Shown here piece by piece: positions 51,789 through 61,294 of a stretch of DNA of 64,000 bases (positions are counted from its first letter, which is position 1; the number at the start of each line of letters is the position of its first letter). The translations under genes were made by a program, and so were the position numbers. A model generated the notes under the pieces. The model did not search any database. It was given only the letters and a program-made list of their open reading frames with translations, and was not told the origin of the DNA. This stretch comes from an uncultured Actinomycetota bacterium (GTDB lineage: Bacteria > Actinomycetota > Actinomycetes > S36-B12): the NCBI GenBank assembly GCA_963749905.1, contig CAVVOF010000006.1, forward strand, positions 318,379-382,378, in the 5' to 3' direction.

Positions 51789-53524
51789 GGCTCGCGGCTC
51801 TCGTCGCGCCCGGGGTACTCGCCGGCGACCTCTTCGGCGTAGTGGGCGACCTCGTCCTTGACCAGTCGATCGGCGTCGTCGAGCGGCGGCGCCTGCGTCG
51901 CGTCCCGCTTCTCGGGTGGCGTGATCACCGGGAGCAGGAAGAGCACCAGCAGGGCGGCGATGATCATGACCGCCATCGAGATGTACGTGGTGAGGTGGGA
52001 CGCGCTCAGGTAGGCCTCGAAGAGCCCGGCCCGGAGGTCAGCGACGACCGGCGCCGGCGTCCCGGACGCGGCGGCCTGCTCCAGCAGGATGTTGGCGGCC
52101 ACCACCGACTCCTGGGCGACGGCTGACGACTGCTCGTCGATCGGCACCGGCGATGCGCTCAGCGCGGTGAGGACGTTGGCGGCGTACTGCGTGGTGAGGA
52201 TGGTGCCGATGACGGCGACTCCCAGTGCGCCGGCGACCTGGCGGACCGTGTTCTGCACCGCCGAACCCGCCCCGGCTCGGGCCAGCGGCAGCACGTTCTG
52301 CAGGACCGTCGATCCGGGCGCCATCACGTTGCCCATCCCGAACCCGAAGATGAAGAACACGACCAGGACGAACCACAGGCTCGACTGGATCTCGAATCGG
52401 GTCATCAGGAAGAGCGCGAGGGCCACCAGGCCGAGACCGACCGACATCACCGCGCGGTACCCGAAGCGCTTCACCATTGCCGCGCTGCGCGGCGCCGCGA
52501 GAAGCTGGGCCGCGGCGAACGGCAGGAAGCACAGGCCGGCCGCGAGCGTGTCGTAGCCCCGCAGGATCTGCAGGTAGAACGGCAGCGAGAACATGATTCC
52601 GGACATCGCGAAGAAGGACAGGCTCACTGCCGCCAGGGCCACGGAGTAGCCGCGGTTCTTGAACAGCGAGACGTCGAAGCTGGCGTGATCGCTGCGCGCC
52701 TCCGTCCACAGGAAGAAGGTGATCAGGATCAGGCCACCAAGGATCGGGAGCACGACGGACGGCGCCCAGAACGTCTTTGTGGACGACCAGTCGATGATGC
52801 CGTAGACGAGCAGGAGCAGTCCGGACGCCGAGATCACCAGGCCCAGGAGGTCCAGTCGGCGCGGGTGCGGGTTCCGCGTCTCCGGGACGATCCGCCAGAT
52901 CCCGACCATGCCGATGATGACGATCGGGACGTTGATCAGGAACACGGAGCCCCAGTCGTTCCCAGTCAGCCAGCTGCTCCACTGCGGATGCTGGAGCAGG
53001 ATGCCGCCGAGCACCGGCCCGAGCGCCACTGCGGCTCCGACCGAGCCGGCCCAGGCTCCGATGGCCTTGCCACGCTCGTGCGGAGGAAAGACCACGGTGA
53101 TGACCGCCAGCGTGACCGGCAGCACGGCAGCGCCGCCCACACCCATGAGTCCGCGGAAGGCGATCAGCATGGTGGACGAATCGGCGAACGCGCAGGCGGC
53201 GGAGGCCACCCCGAACACGGCCAGGCCGATCATCAGGATCTTCTTGCGGCCGTACTTGTCACCGAGCACGCCCCACGTGAACAGCAGCGAGGCGAAGACG
53301 AGGATGTACGAGTCGATCGCCCAGACCAGCTCACTCTGCGTGGCGTCCAGGTCGGCCTGGATCGTCGGCAGCGCGATGTTCAGGACGGTGTTGTCCAGCA
53401 CCACCACGAGCAGGCTGACGACCAGCACCCCGAGGATGGCCCACCGGCGCGGATGGCCCTCGCCCGAGGTCATCCAGCCGTCGTTCGTCGTCCGGGCCTC
53501 AGTCATCCCAGGCTCCTCGCTCAT
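51785..53524 (-). CDS. DHA2-family MFS efflux transporter
   Basis: LDNTVLNIALP, LGDKYGRK, FLINVP; about 14 TM helices. Confidence 0.92.
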   Translation of the reverse strand: MSEEPGMTEARTTNDGWMTSGEGHPRRWAILGVLVVSLLVVVLDNTVLNIALPTIQADLDATQSELVWAIDSYILVFASLLFTWGVLGDKYGRKKILMIGLAVFGVASAACAFADSSTMLIAFRGLMGVGGAAVLPVTLAVITVVFPPHERGKAIGAWAGSVGAAVALGPVLGGILLQHPQWSSWLTGNDWGSVFLINVPIVIIGMVGIWRIVPETRNPHPRRLDLLGLVISASGLLLLVYGIIDWSSTKTFWAPSVVLPILGGLILITFFLWTEARSDHASFDVSLFKNRGYSVALAAVSLSFFAMSGIMFSLPFYLQILRGYDTLAAGLCFLPFAAAQLLAAPRSAAMVKRFGYRAVMSVGLGLVALALFLMTRFEIQSSLWFVLVVFFIFGFGMGNVMAPGSTVLQNVLPLARAGAGSAVQNTVRQVAGALGVAVIGTILTTQYAANVLTALSASPVPIDEQSSAVAQESVVAANILLEQAAASGTPAPVVADLRAGLFEAYLSASHLTTYISMAVMIIAALLVLFLLPVITPPEKRDATQAPPLDDADRLVKDEVAHYAEEVAGEYPGRDESREP

Positions 53525-53545
53525 CGAATCCGGTCACGTCCTCAA

Positions 53546-53583
53546 TACGCAACGCCTGCGTTGCGAAACGCCACCGTATCGTA
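53546..53583. promoter_or_regulatory. putative tandem TetR operators
   Basis: cgcaacgc-ct-gcgttgcg overlapping cgaaacg-ccac-cgtatcg, about 20 nt upstream of the MFS-tetR pair. Confidence 0.6.
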
Positions 53584-53699
53584 AACCCGGGCAGCCGCGG
53601 CACGACACCTGGCGGTGGCGGTGGCAGGCGCGGGGTCGGGCATGTCATGATGGACGGGTCCGGGGACTCCGTGGGGAGCCTCGAGATGGGAGATGGGAC

Positions 53700-54521
53700 A
53701 TGTCCTTCTATGGCGCGCCCGATGGGCGCCGCGTCACGATGCGCGACCTCGCCGAGGCCACCCAGCGCGGCGAGAAGTGGCCGATGATCACCGCCTACGA
53801 CGCGCTCACCGCAGCGATCTTCGATGAGGCGGGCATCCCCGCGATCCTCGTCGGTGACTCCGCCGCGATGGTCGTCTACGGCCATGACTCGACCCTGCCG
53901 GTGACTGTGGACGAGTTGCTGCCGCTGGTGCGCGCAGTGGTGCGCGGGGCGCCGCGCTCCCTCGTCGTCGCCGACCTGCCGTTCGGCTCGTACCAGGCCT
54001 CCCCTGCCCAGGCGCTCGAGACCGCCGCCCGCTTCATGAAGGAGGGTGGCGCGCAGGCCGTCAAGCTCGAGGGCGGTGCGCCGATGCTGCCGCAGGTCGA
54101 GACCCTGGCAGGGGCCGGCGTCCCAGTCATTGGGCATCTCGGCCTGACGCCGCAGTCGGTGAACCTGCTCGGCGGCTACCGCGTCCAGGGGCGCGGCGAG
54201 GCCGGCGAGATGCTGATGCGCGACGCCAAGGCGATGGAGGCGGCCGGCGCATGCGCCGTGGTCCTCGAGGTGGTCCCCGCCGACCTGGCCGCCCGCGTCA
54301 GCGAGGTGCTCACCATCCCGACGATCGGCATCGGGGCCGGAAGCGCGACGGACGCACAGGTCATCGTGTGGCAGGACCTCGTCGGGCTCACCGCTGGGCC
54401 GGCGCCGAAGTTCGTCAAGCGCTATGCGGATGCGCGCACGGTGATCGGCGACGCTGTGCACCAGTGGGGCGAGGACGTGCGCACCGGGACCTACCCCGCA
54501 CAGGAGCACACCTACGCGTGA
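53700..54521 (+). CDS. panB: 3-methyl-2-oxobutanoate hydroxymethyltransferase
   Basis: ITAYD, LVGDS, ADLPFGSY, VKLEGG, GHLGLTPQ, TIGIGAG. Confidence 0.96.
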   Translation: MSFYGAPDGRRVTMRDLAEATQRGEKWPMITAYDALTAAIFDEAGIPAILVGDSAAMVVYGHDSTLPVTVDELLPLVRAVVRGAPRSLVVADLPFGSYQASPAQALETAARFMKEGGAQAVKLEGGAPMLPQVETLAGAGVPVIGHLGLTPQSVNLLGGYRVQGRGEAGEMLMRDAKAMEAAGACAVVLEVVPADLAARVSEVLTIPTIGIGAGSATDAQVIVWQDLVGLTAGPAPKFVKRYADARTVIGDAVHQWGEDVRTGTYPAQEHTYA

Positions 54522-54559
54522 TGCCTCCCGCAGGGCGGTGACGCTGGCACACTGCGGCC

Positions 54560-55870
54560 GTGGCTGAGAGTGAAGCGGGCGAGTCTCGACACTGGCTTGC
54601 CAGGATGCGCCTCGACATCACGCCGCTGCGCGCGTCGCGGAACTTCCGCATCGTGTTCGCCAGCGGGCTGGTGACATACCTCGGCTCGATGATCACGTTC
54701 GTCGCGCTCCCGTATCAGGTGGCGCAACTCACCGGATCCTTCATCGCCGTCGGACTCATCGGCCTGGCAGAGCTCGTCCCGCTGATCGTGTTCGGACTGT
54801 ACGGCGGCACCCTGGCCGATCGGGTGGACCGTCGGGTCATGGTTATCGCGACCGAGTCGGTTGCGGCACTGCTCGTTCTTGTCCTGCTCGCGAACAGCCT
54901 GCTCGCGCAGCCGCAGGTATGGCCGCTCTATGTGGTCGCGATGGCGCTGGCCGCCGTGGACGGTCTCCAACGACCTTCACTCGACGCCATCATCCCTCGC
55001 GTCGTCGCGCACGACCAGCTGCCGGCAGCCGCGGCGCTGACCTCCCTGCGGTGGCAGCTGGGCATGATCGTCGGCCCAGCCATCGGCGGCCTCCTGCTCT
55101 CCGCAGGGGGCGCTCCCATGGCCTACGGGTTCGACGCGCTCACCTTCCTGGTTTCCGTCGTCATGCTCGTGCGGCTGTCCAGCATCAAGGCTCCGGCGAC
55201 CGATGAGCGGCCCACCGCGTTGCGGCACATCGTCGACGGCATGCGCTACGCGTGGAGTCGGAAGGATCTGCTGGGCACCTACGCCGTGGACCTGATCGCG
55301 ATGATCTTCGCATTCCCCTACGCGCTCTTCCCCTTCCTCGCCGACGACCTCGGCGGGGCTTGGACGCTGGGACTGCTGTACTCCGCCGGCGCCGTCGGTT
55401 CGCTGGCCGTGACGTTGACCAGTGGGTGGACGAGTCGGGTGCATCGACATGGACGCGCCATCGTCATCGCTGCCGCGCTGTGGGGTCTTGGCATCGCGCT
55501 CGTCGGCGTGACGCAGTCCCTGCCCGTCGTCCTGTTCTGTCTCGCCTTCGCTGGCGGCGCAGACATGATCAGCGGCATCTTCCGCGGCGTGATGTGGAAC
55601 CAGACGATTCCCGACGAAGTGCGCGGACGCATGGCCGGATTCGAACTGCTGAGCTACTCGATCGGGCCGCTGCTCGGACAGGTGCGCAGCAGCACTGCCG
55701 CATCGTTGACCTCACTTCGCACGTCGTTCATCAGTGGTGGCGTGCTTTGCATCGTCGGCGTAGGACTTGCTGCCGTCGCACTCCCGTCACTGTGGACATA
55801 CGACGATCGCACAAGTCCCGACGCGATTCGCGAACGCGAGAAGCGCGGCGAGGCCGGCAACCCCGCTTGA
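54560..55870 (+). CDS. MFS transporter (EntS/DHA3-like)
   Basis: LDITPLR, LADRVDRR, QTIPDEVRGR; about 12 TM helices. Confidence 0.88.
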   Translation: MAESEAGESRHWLARMRLDITPLRASRNFRIVFASGLVTYLGSMITFVALPYQVAQLTGSFIAVGLIGLAELVPLIVFGLYGGTLADRVDRRVMVIATESVAALLVLVLLANSLLAQPQVWPLYVVAMALAAVDGLQRPSLDAIIPRVVAHDQLPAAAALTSLRWQLGMIVGPAIGGLLLSAGGAPMAYGFDALTFLVSVVMLVRLSSIKAPATDERPTALRHIVDGMRYAWSRKDLLGTYAVDLIAMIFAFPYALFPFLADDLGGAWTLGLLYSAGAVGSLAVTLTSGWTSRVHRHGRAIVIAAALWGLGIALVGVTQSLPVVLFCLAFAGGADMISGIFRGVMWNQTIPDEVRGRMAGFELLSYSIGPLLGQVRSSTAASLTSLRTSFISGGVLCIVGVGLAAVALPSLWTYDDRTSPDAIREREKRGEAGNPA

Positions 55871-56113
55871 AGATTCTCGTGTATTGCCAATGCATTTTGA
55901 GCCGCACTGCACTCTAGGCCGCGTCAAACATCCGACTACATCGTCGACGTCCACGTCGACAGACTGCGTCGTCCACGCGCGTGAACGACGTTGCACTCCA
56001 ACGACACAGGTGTCCGCACGTGCGCGTTGGCTTTGAGATTTGTGTCGTGCTCTGTCACAGTTGGCCTCGAGGAACGCTGCACAAGAGCAGGGTTCGACGA
56101 CACGGGAGGCAAC

Positions 56114-56588
56114 GTGGCGGTCGCGAAGAAGGCACCGGCCAAGAAGGCACCGGCCAAGAAGGCTGTTGCCAAGAAGGCTCCGGCGCGCAAGGCGCCGGCA
56201 AAGAAGGCCGTAGCCAAGAAGGCACCGGCCAAGAAGGCACCGGCCAAGAAGGCTGTTGCCAAGAAGGCTCCGGCGCGCAAGGCACCGGCAAAGAAGGCTG
56301 TAGCCAAGAAGGCACCCGGCCCGCAAGGCACCGGCCAAGAAGGCTGTTGCCAAGAAGGCTCCGGCGCGCAAGGCGCCGGCCAAGAAGGCCGTAGCCAAGA
56401 AGGCACCCGCCCGCAAGGCACCGGCCAAGAAGGCCGTAGCCAAGAAGGCACCCGCCCGCAAGGCACCGGTCCGCAAGGCACCCGCCAAGAAGGCGCCCGC
56501 GAAGAAGGCTGTTGCCAAGAAGGCTCCGGCTCGCAAGGCACCCGCTCGCAAGGCGCCTGCTCGGAAGGCTCCGGCACGCAAGCGCTAG
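56114..56588 (+). CDS. histone H1-like basic protein of 31 pentapeptide repeats (one +1 frameshift near 56317)
   Basis: GGGAGG RBS and GTG start; A(P/V)A(K/R)K repeats to TAG; strong terminator follows. Confidence 0.85.
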
Positions 56589-56604
56589 TCAAGGCGACGA
56601 ACGC

Positions 56605-56643
56605 CGTGAGGCCCGCACCGAAAGGTGCGGGCCTCACGTTGTT
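56605..56643 (+). terminator. intrinsic terminator, possibly bidirectional
   Basis: cgtgaggcccgcacc-gaaa-ggtgcgggcctcacg-ttgtt. Confidence 0.85.
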
Positions 56644-56658
56644 CCGGAGGTGCGCGCG

Positions 56659-56817
56659 TCAGTCCTCGTCGGCGTCGAACGCCTGATTGCGCTCGCGCGC
56701 CAACTCCAATGCCTGCGCGGCCTCACCCTCGGTGGCGTACGGGCCGAGTCTCTCCGCGTTGGCGCAGCCCTCTTCGGGCTCGACCTTCTGATGCACCAGG
56801 CAGTAGTACCAGCTCAT
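56659..56817 (-). CDS. small conserved protein divergent from map
   Basis: [11 protein letters not shown]...C....[16 protein letters not shown]; AGGAGG-type RBS. Confidence 0.78.
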   Translation of the reverse strand: MSWYYCLVHQKVEPEEGCANAERLGPYATEGEAAQALELARERNQAFDADED

Positions 56818-56881
56818 GGTCACTCCCCTCCTCGTCGTAGCCTCAAACATAGTGCCCGACGCCCCGCCCTAGACTCGACCC

Positions 56882-57772
56882 ATGCCGATGGCGACACGGG
56901 CACCGCTGACACCTGGATCCGTCGCACCGATGCTCACCGTGCCCCCGAGCATCAGCCGCCCCGAGTACGTCGGAAAGCCGGCACCCACTCCATACTCGGG
57001 TCCAGAGCGCAAGGACGCCGAGACGATCGCCGCCATGCGCATCGCCTGCCGACTGGCGGCAGACGCACTGGCCGAGGTGGGACGCGCGGTGCAGCCCGGG
57101 GTATCCACGGCAACGCTCGACCGAATCGGTCACGAGTTCCTCTGCGATCACGGCGCCTACCCATCGACCCTCGGCTACCGCGGGTTCCCGAAGTCCCTGT
57201 GCACCTCGCTGAACGAGGTCATCTGCCACGGCATCCCCGACACGACCGTGCTCGAGGACGGCGACATCTGCAACATCGACATCACCGCCTACATCGGTGG
57301 TGTGCACGGAGACACCAACGCGACCTTTCTCGCGGGCGACGTCGAGGAAGAGGCTCGACTCCTCGTCGAGCGAACGCACGAGGCCACGATGCGCGCCATC
57401 AAGGCAGTGGCCCCCGGGCGTCCCATCAGTGTGATCGGACGGGTGATCGAGAGCTACGCGCGTCGCTTCGGCTACGGCGTGGTGCGCGACTTCACCGGTC
57501 ACGGCATCGGCACCTCCTTCCACACCGGGCTGGTCATCCCCCACTACGACGATCCAAACCTGACCCAGATCATCGAGACAGGCATGACGTTCACCATCGA
57601 GCCGATGATCACCCTCGGCACTCATGACTACGACATGTGGTCGGACGGGTGGACGGTGGTGACCAAGGACCGACGCTGGACCGCTCAGTTCGAGCACACC
57701 ATCCTCGTGACCGAGTCCGGCGCGGAGATCCTGACCCTGCCGACCCCTGCCGACGAGGGAGACATCGCATGA
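56882..57772 (+). CDS. map: methionine aminopeptidase type I
   Basis: [37 protein letters not shown]. Confidence 0.96.
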   Translation: MPMATRAPLTPGSVAPMLTVPPSISRPEYVGKPAPTPYSGPERKDAETIAAMRIACRLAADALAEVGRAVQPGVSTATLDRIGHEFLCDHGAYPSTLGYRGFPKSLCTSLNEVICHGIPDTTVLEDGDICNIDITAYIGGVHGDTNATFLAGDVEEEARLLVERTHEATMRAIKAVAPGRPISVIGRVIESYARRFGYGVVRDFTGHGIGTSFHTGLVIPHYDDPNLTQIIETGMTFTIEPMITLGTHDYDMWSDGWTVVTKDRRWTAQFEHTILVTESGAEILTLPTPADEGDIA

Positions 57773-58551
57773 CGCACACCACGCACGCGCACACGGACAC
57801 CAGTTGGCCGCCCGACGTCCTGACCCTGTCGATCGACATCGGCGGCAGTGGTCTGAAGGCATCGATCGTCAGTGCGCAGGGCGTCATGGTCACGGATCGC
57901 GTCCGCGTGGACACGCCCTATCCCTGTCCGCCAGACCTGCTGGTCCACACGGTCGCCGACATGGTGGCTCCCCTGCTCGATGTGCATCGGGTGTCCGTCG
58001 GCTTTCCGGGTCTCGTCCGGCACGGCCATGTGATCGAGGTGCCCTCGCTGTCACGACTGGAGTACGGAGGCGAGCGAGACGCTGAGATGGCCGCACTGTG
58101 GCACGGCTTCGACCTGGCACACGCCCTGGCGAAGCGGTTCCAGCGTCCTACGAAGGTCGTCAACGACGCCGACATGCAGGGGTGCGCGGTGGTCAGCGGG
58201 CAGGGCCTGGAGTTCGTGCTCACCCTCGGCACCGGAGTCGGCACGGCACTCTTCAACGACGGCACCCTGCTGCCCCACCTCGAGCTGTCCCACGGACCGT
58301 TCAAGGACGGCATGACGTTCGACATCTCGCTCGGCAACGCCCAGCGCAAGTCCATCGGCAACCCCCGGTGGATCAAGCGGGTGCGCAAGGCGGTCCAGGC
58401 GTTCGACGACATGCTCTTCTTCGACCGGGTCTACGTCGGCGGCGGCAACGCCAAGCACCTCTCCCCCGAGGACGTCGGACACAAGGGCGAGATCGTTCCC
58501 AACACCTCGGGCATCCTGGGCGGTGTACGGGTCTGGGATCTCGAGGCCTAG
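57769..58551 (+). CDS. ROK family / polyphosphate glucokinase-like protein
   Basis: [34 protein letters not shown]. Confidence 0.87.
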   Translation: MTHTTHAHTDTSWPPDVLTLSIDIGGSGLKASIVSAQGVMVTDRVRVDTPYPCPPDLLVHTVADMVAPLLDVHRVSVGFPGLVRHGHVIEVPSLSRLEYGGERDAEMAALWHGFDLAHALAKRFQRPTKVVNDADMQGCAVVSGQGLEFVLTLGTGVGTALFNDGTLLPHLELSHGPFKDGMTFDISLGNAQRKSIGNPRWIKRVRKAVQAFDDMLFFDRVYVGGGNAKHLSPEDVGHKGEIVPNTSGILGGVRVWDLEA

Positions 58552-58590
58552 GACGATCCGCTTTTCAACTATTTCCAGTAGACTCTGCAC

Positions 58591-59043
58591 ATGACGCGAT
58601 GGCTGACCGAGGATGAGCAGCGCCACTGGCGCTCGTGGTTGGCCGCGTCCATGCTGCTGCAGGACCGGCTGAACCGCGAGCTGCAGGCCCAGCACGGCCT
58701 CACCATGGCCGACTACGAGATCCTGGTGCGGCTCTCCGAGTCGCCGGACCGCCGCATGCGGATGAGCGATCTCGCCGAGGTGACGCTGTCCTCACGGAGT
58801 CGGCTCTCGCACCAGATCGACCGGATGGTCAAGGCCGACCTCGTCGAGCGCCAGTCGTGTGAGGACGACCGGCGGGGCGCCTTCGCCGCACTGACCGAGC
58901 ACGGCTGGACGACCCTCGTGGCCGCGGCACCCGATCACGTGGAGAGCGTGCGCGCGCATTTCGTCGACCAGTTGACGTCGCGCGAGTTCGCGGCGCTCGG
59001 ACAGGCGTGCCAGAAGGTGGCCGCACCCCTCGGAGCGGAGTAG
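58591..59043 (+). CDS. MarR family transcriptional regulator
   Basis: RMSDLA, SRSRLSHQIDRM, DRRG. Confidence 0.92.
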   Translation: MTRWLTEDEQRHWRSWLAASMLLQDRLNRELQAQHGLTMADYEILVRLSESPDRRMRMSDLAEVTLSSRSRLSHQIDRMVKADLVERQSCEDDRRGAFAALTEHGWTTLVAAAPDHVESVRAHFVDQLTSREFAALGQACQKVAAPLGAE

Positions 59044-59122
59044 CCGGCTACCCACGGGACATGTCCGAGCGACACGCGCCGGCTTCCAAGACCGCTGCGC
59101 CACCCGGTGTTACCGTCCCAGC

Positions 59123-59323
59123 ATGACGCAGGAGAGCGCCTTCCCCGCTGAGCAGCCTGCCGAGTCCGGAGCCAAGCCCAAGATTCCCGGACCGATCGAG
59201 GCCTTCACTGATGAGGAGCTCGACGCCCTCGAGCAGCTTGCGGCGTTCGAGACGGAGCACCGCCGGATGCTGGCGATGCAGTCGCTGTACTACCGCCGGC
59301 ACGGCGCGCGCGGCATCGCCTGA
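59123..59323 (+). CDS. small hypothetical protein (66 aa)
   Basis: GC3-biased codons; TACCGT 6 nt before the ATG; fills the intergenic gap. Confidence 0.6.
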   Translation: MTQESAFPAEQPAESGAKPKIPGPIEAFTDEELDALEQLAAFETEHRRMLAMQSLYYRRHGARGIA

Positions 59324-59375
59324 CCCATCCGGCCGATGGCGGGCGATCGGTCAGTGGTGGGTTCGCCGACGCCGC

Positions 59376-59846
59376 CTAGGCAGTCCTGCCTCGCAGCGAT
59401 GCCACGGCCCGTGGCACTCGTCGAACGATCACCGCACCGCCAACGGCGATAACGACACCGCTGGCAAGCGCCACCAGCCACCAGAATCCCACGTCGAACA
59501 ATCTCGTCAGGGTCTCTGCGGCAAGCGCTGCGAGGAGGCCTACGTAGGACCACGCCATCCAATAGGCATGGGAGTAGCGCCAGCCAGCCTGCGGAACGCG
59601 AAACCGAACAGCAACGACGCCACCCGTGACGGTGGCCAGGCTCGCAATGGCCAGAACATGGAACGGGCCAAACGAGCCGGTCAGGTTGTACAGAAGGAGA
59701 GCCGACACATTCAGCCCAACCATCGAACCCACGTACAACCAGCCTGCCCACCGATGCCGGGTATCGCCCTTGGCAGTCACCAGCACCCAGGCGCCAGTGA
59801 CGATTGCCAGCAGCGCTAGCACGAAGTGGAGGAAGCCGACCGACAT
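59376..59846 (-). CDS. DUF2306-like membrane protein
   Basis: KGDTRHRWAGWLY, GPFHVL, H...M..SY; TM helices. Confidence 0.78.
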   Translation of the reverse strand: MSVGFLHFVLALLAIVTGAWVLVTAKGDTRHRWAGWLYVGSMVGLNVSALLLYNLTGSFGPFHVLAIASLATVTGGVVAVRFRVPQAGWRYSHAYWMAWSYVGLLAALAAETLTRLFDVGFWWLVALASGVVIAVGGAVIVRRVPRAVASLRGRTA

Positions 59847-59996
59847 GACACAACAGTAGGTGGGAGCGCTGCGAAGCCAGCGATCCCGCTCGAACTATGG
59901 GTTCGGCGGTGCCGTCAGCAGTTGACGAAGTTGCCCATGCGCATGCCCACGAGTCCCTTCGATGACGGACTGACAGCAGTGTCACAAGGAGGCGGG

Positions 59997-60383
59997 GGAC
60001 GAGCCAGCCTGTAAGCCGGATTCTGTGGTCAGCCGAGGCTGACCGGTGATCATCCATCTGCGACCGCTGTTGCCAGCGGCCTGGTGCGGTCTACCCGCAG
60101 GCGATGAGCGGGCCGCTCACCTGCGCAGGCCACCCGATCCTTGCGGATCGGACGGCCCTCTTGACCTTGCTCCGGGTGGGGTTTGCCTAGCCGCCGCAGT
60201 CACCTGCGGCGCTGGTGGTCTCTTACACCACCGTTTCACCCTTACCGCGATTGCTCGCGGCGGTTTGCTTTCTGTGGCACTGTCCCGCGGGTCACCCCGG
60301 GTGGGTGTTACCCACCACCCTGCCCTGTGGAGTCCGGACTTTCCTCGACACTCGCGTGCCGCGATCACCCGGCTGGCTCGTCC
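59997..60383 (-). ncRNA. rnpB: RNase P RNA (class A)
   Basis: Minus strand: GAGGAAAGTCC, AGTGCCACAGAAA, GGGTGAAACGGTG, ACAGAATCCGGCTTA; P1 ggacgagccagcc / ggctggctcgtcc. Confidence 0.97.
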
Positions 60384-60388
60384 GAGCG

Positions 60389-61267
60389 TCAGGCTACCTT
60401 CTCGGCCACCAGGGTGAACAGGACCGGCAGGGGTTCCGCCAGCGCTCCCGCAGCTCCGGTGCCCAGCCGCCAGCGGTACTGACCGTCCGCTTCCGGAGTG
60501 AGGACGTCCCCCCGCGGATCGAACGGCGCCTCGACGTGCTCGGTCAGCAGGGTGACGCGTAGCCCGGCCCGCACGGCCGCGGTCACGATCTCGCCGATCG
60601 ACCACGCGTACTGCTCGATCTCCCACGAGAGGTCGGCGTCCGGGTTGGCGTATGAGCCGGTGCCCGAGTACTGACGCACGCCGTCGTTGACGTACGGGAA
60701 GTCCATCACCAGCGGGTCAAGGGACTCGGGCATGCACAGGAGCGGATGCAGTTCGACCAGGGCAAGCGCGCCGCCGGGTCGGAGGAGCGCGCTGGCGCCG
60801 GCCATCCACGCGTCGAGGTCGGCGATCCAGCTGAGCACGCCGACAGTCGCGTATACGAGATCGAACGATCCGTGGAAGGCGGTGAACTCCGGATCGCGCA
60901 GTCGCTGGCTGTCCGCCTCGACCGTCGCCACCTCGACGCCGCAGCGGGTCGCGAGGTCCGCGAGCCGGCTGAGTGCCGTGGGCGAGAAGTCGAACGCGGT
61001 GACGTGTGCCCCCATCCGCGCCAGGTGCACGGTGTCGATGCCGATGTGCGACTGCACGTGCGCGACGGTCCTGCCGGCAACGCCGACGCCGTCCGTGGCC
61101 GCGAGCACGGCCTCGAGCTCCGGGCCGCGCAGAGCCACCTCGCCGGCCACCAGCGCATCGAGGTCGTAGTAGCGGTCGTTGCCCGTGCCATGGAAGCGCG
61201 CCAGATCCTCCCAGTGCGCGAGGTTTCCCGCCGCCGCCTCTCCCTGCGGCTTCCCCGTGTCAGCCAT
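60389..61267 (-). CDS. class I SAM-dependent methyltransferase
   Basis: HVQSHIGIDT, AFDFS, FDLVYAT.GVLSW, LRPGG...ELHP. Confidence 0.88.
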   Translation of the reverse strand: MADTGKPQGEAAAGNLAHWEDLARFHGTGNDRYYDLDALVAGEVALRGPELEAVLAATDGVGVAGRTVAHVQSHIGIDTVHLARMGAHVTAFDFSPTALSRLADLATRCGVEVATVEADSQRLRDPEFTAFHGSFDLVYATVGVLSWIADLDAWMAGASALLRPGGALALVELHPLLCMPESLDPLVMDFPYVNDGVRQYSGTGSYANPDADLSWEIEQYAWSIGEIVTAAVRAGLRVTLLTEHVEAPFDPRGDVLTPEADGQYRWRLGTGAAGALAEPLPVLFTLVAEKVA

Positions 61268-61294
61268 GAGTCGTCCCTCCGCTAGCGTCGCTGC

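Noticed and set aside
1100-56320. About 16 frameshifts (qcrA, qcrB x2, RibD-C, kinase, ctaF, ctaD, pspAB, DUF3043, ECF-T, ATPase x3, ECF-S, dlaT x2, H1-like) as programmed recoding or pseudogenisation
   Set aside because: Nearly all are single extra bases, often lengthening a short C/G run, with no shared slippery motif, no in-frame stops and no decay of the essential genes around them. They cluster in the first 36 kb. This fits long-read consensus error; read mapping would settle it.
56117-56582. 15-nt tandem repeats as a CRISPR array or non-coding VNTR
   Set aside because: There are no unique spacers or cas genes; variation is largely at synonymous positions and the array has an RBS, start, stop and terminator.
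59915-59952. 11-codon minus-strand ORF (VGMRMGNFVNC) with an RBS-like GAAGGGA downstream of rnpB
   Set aside because: Too short to tell from chance without conservation or translation data.
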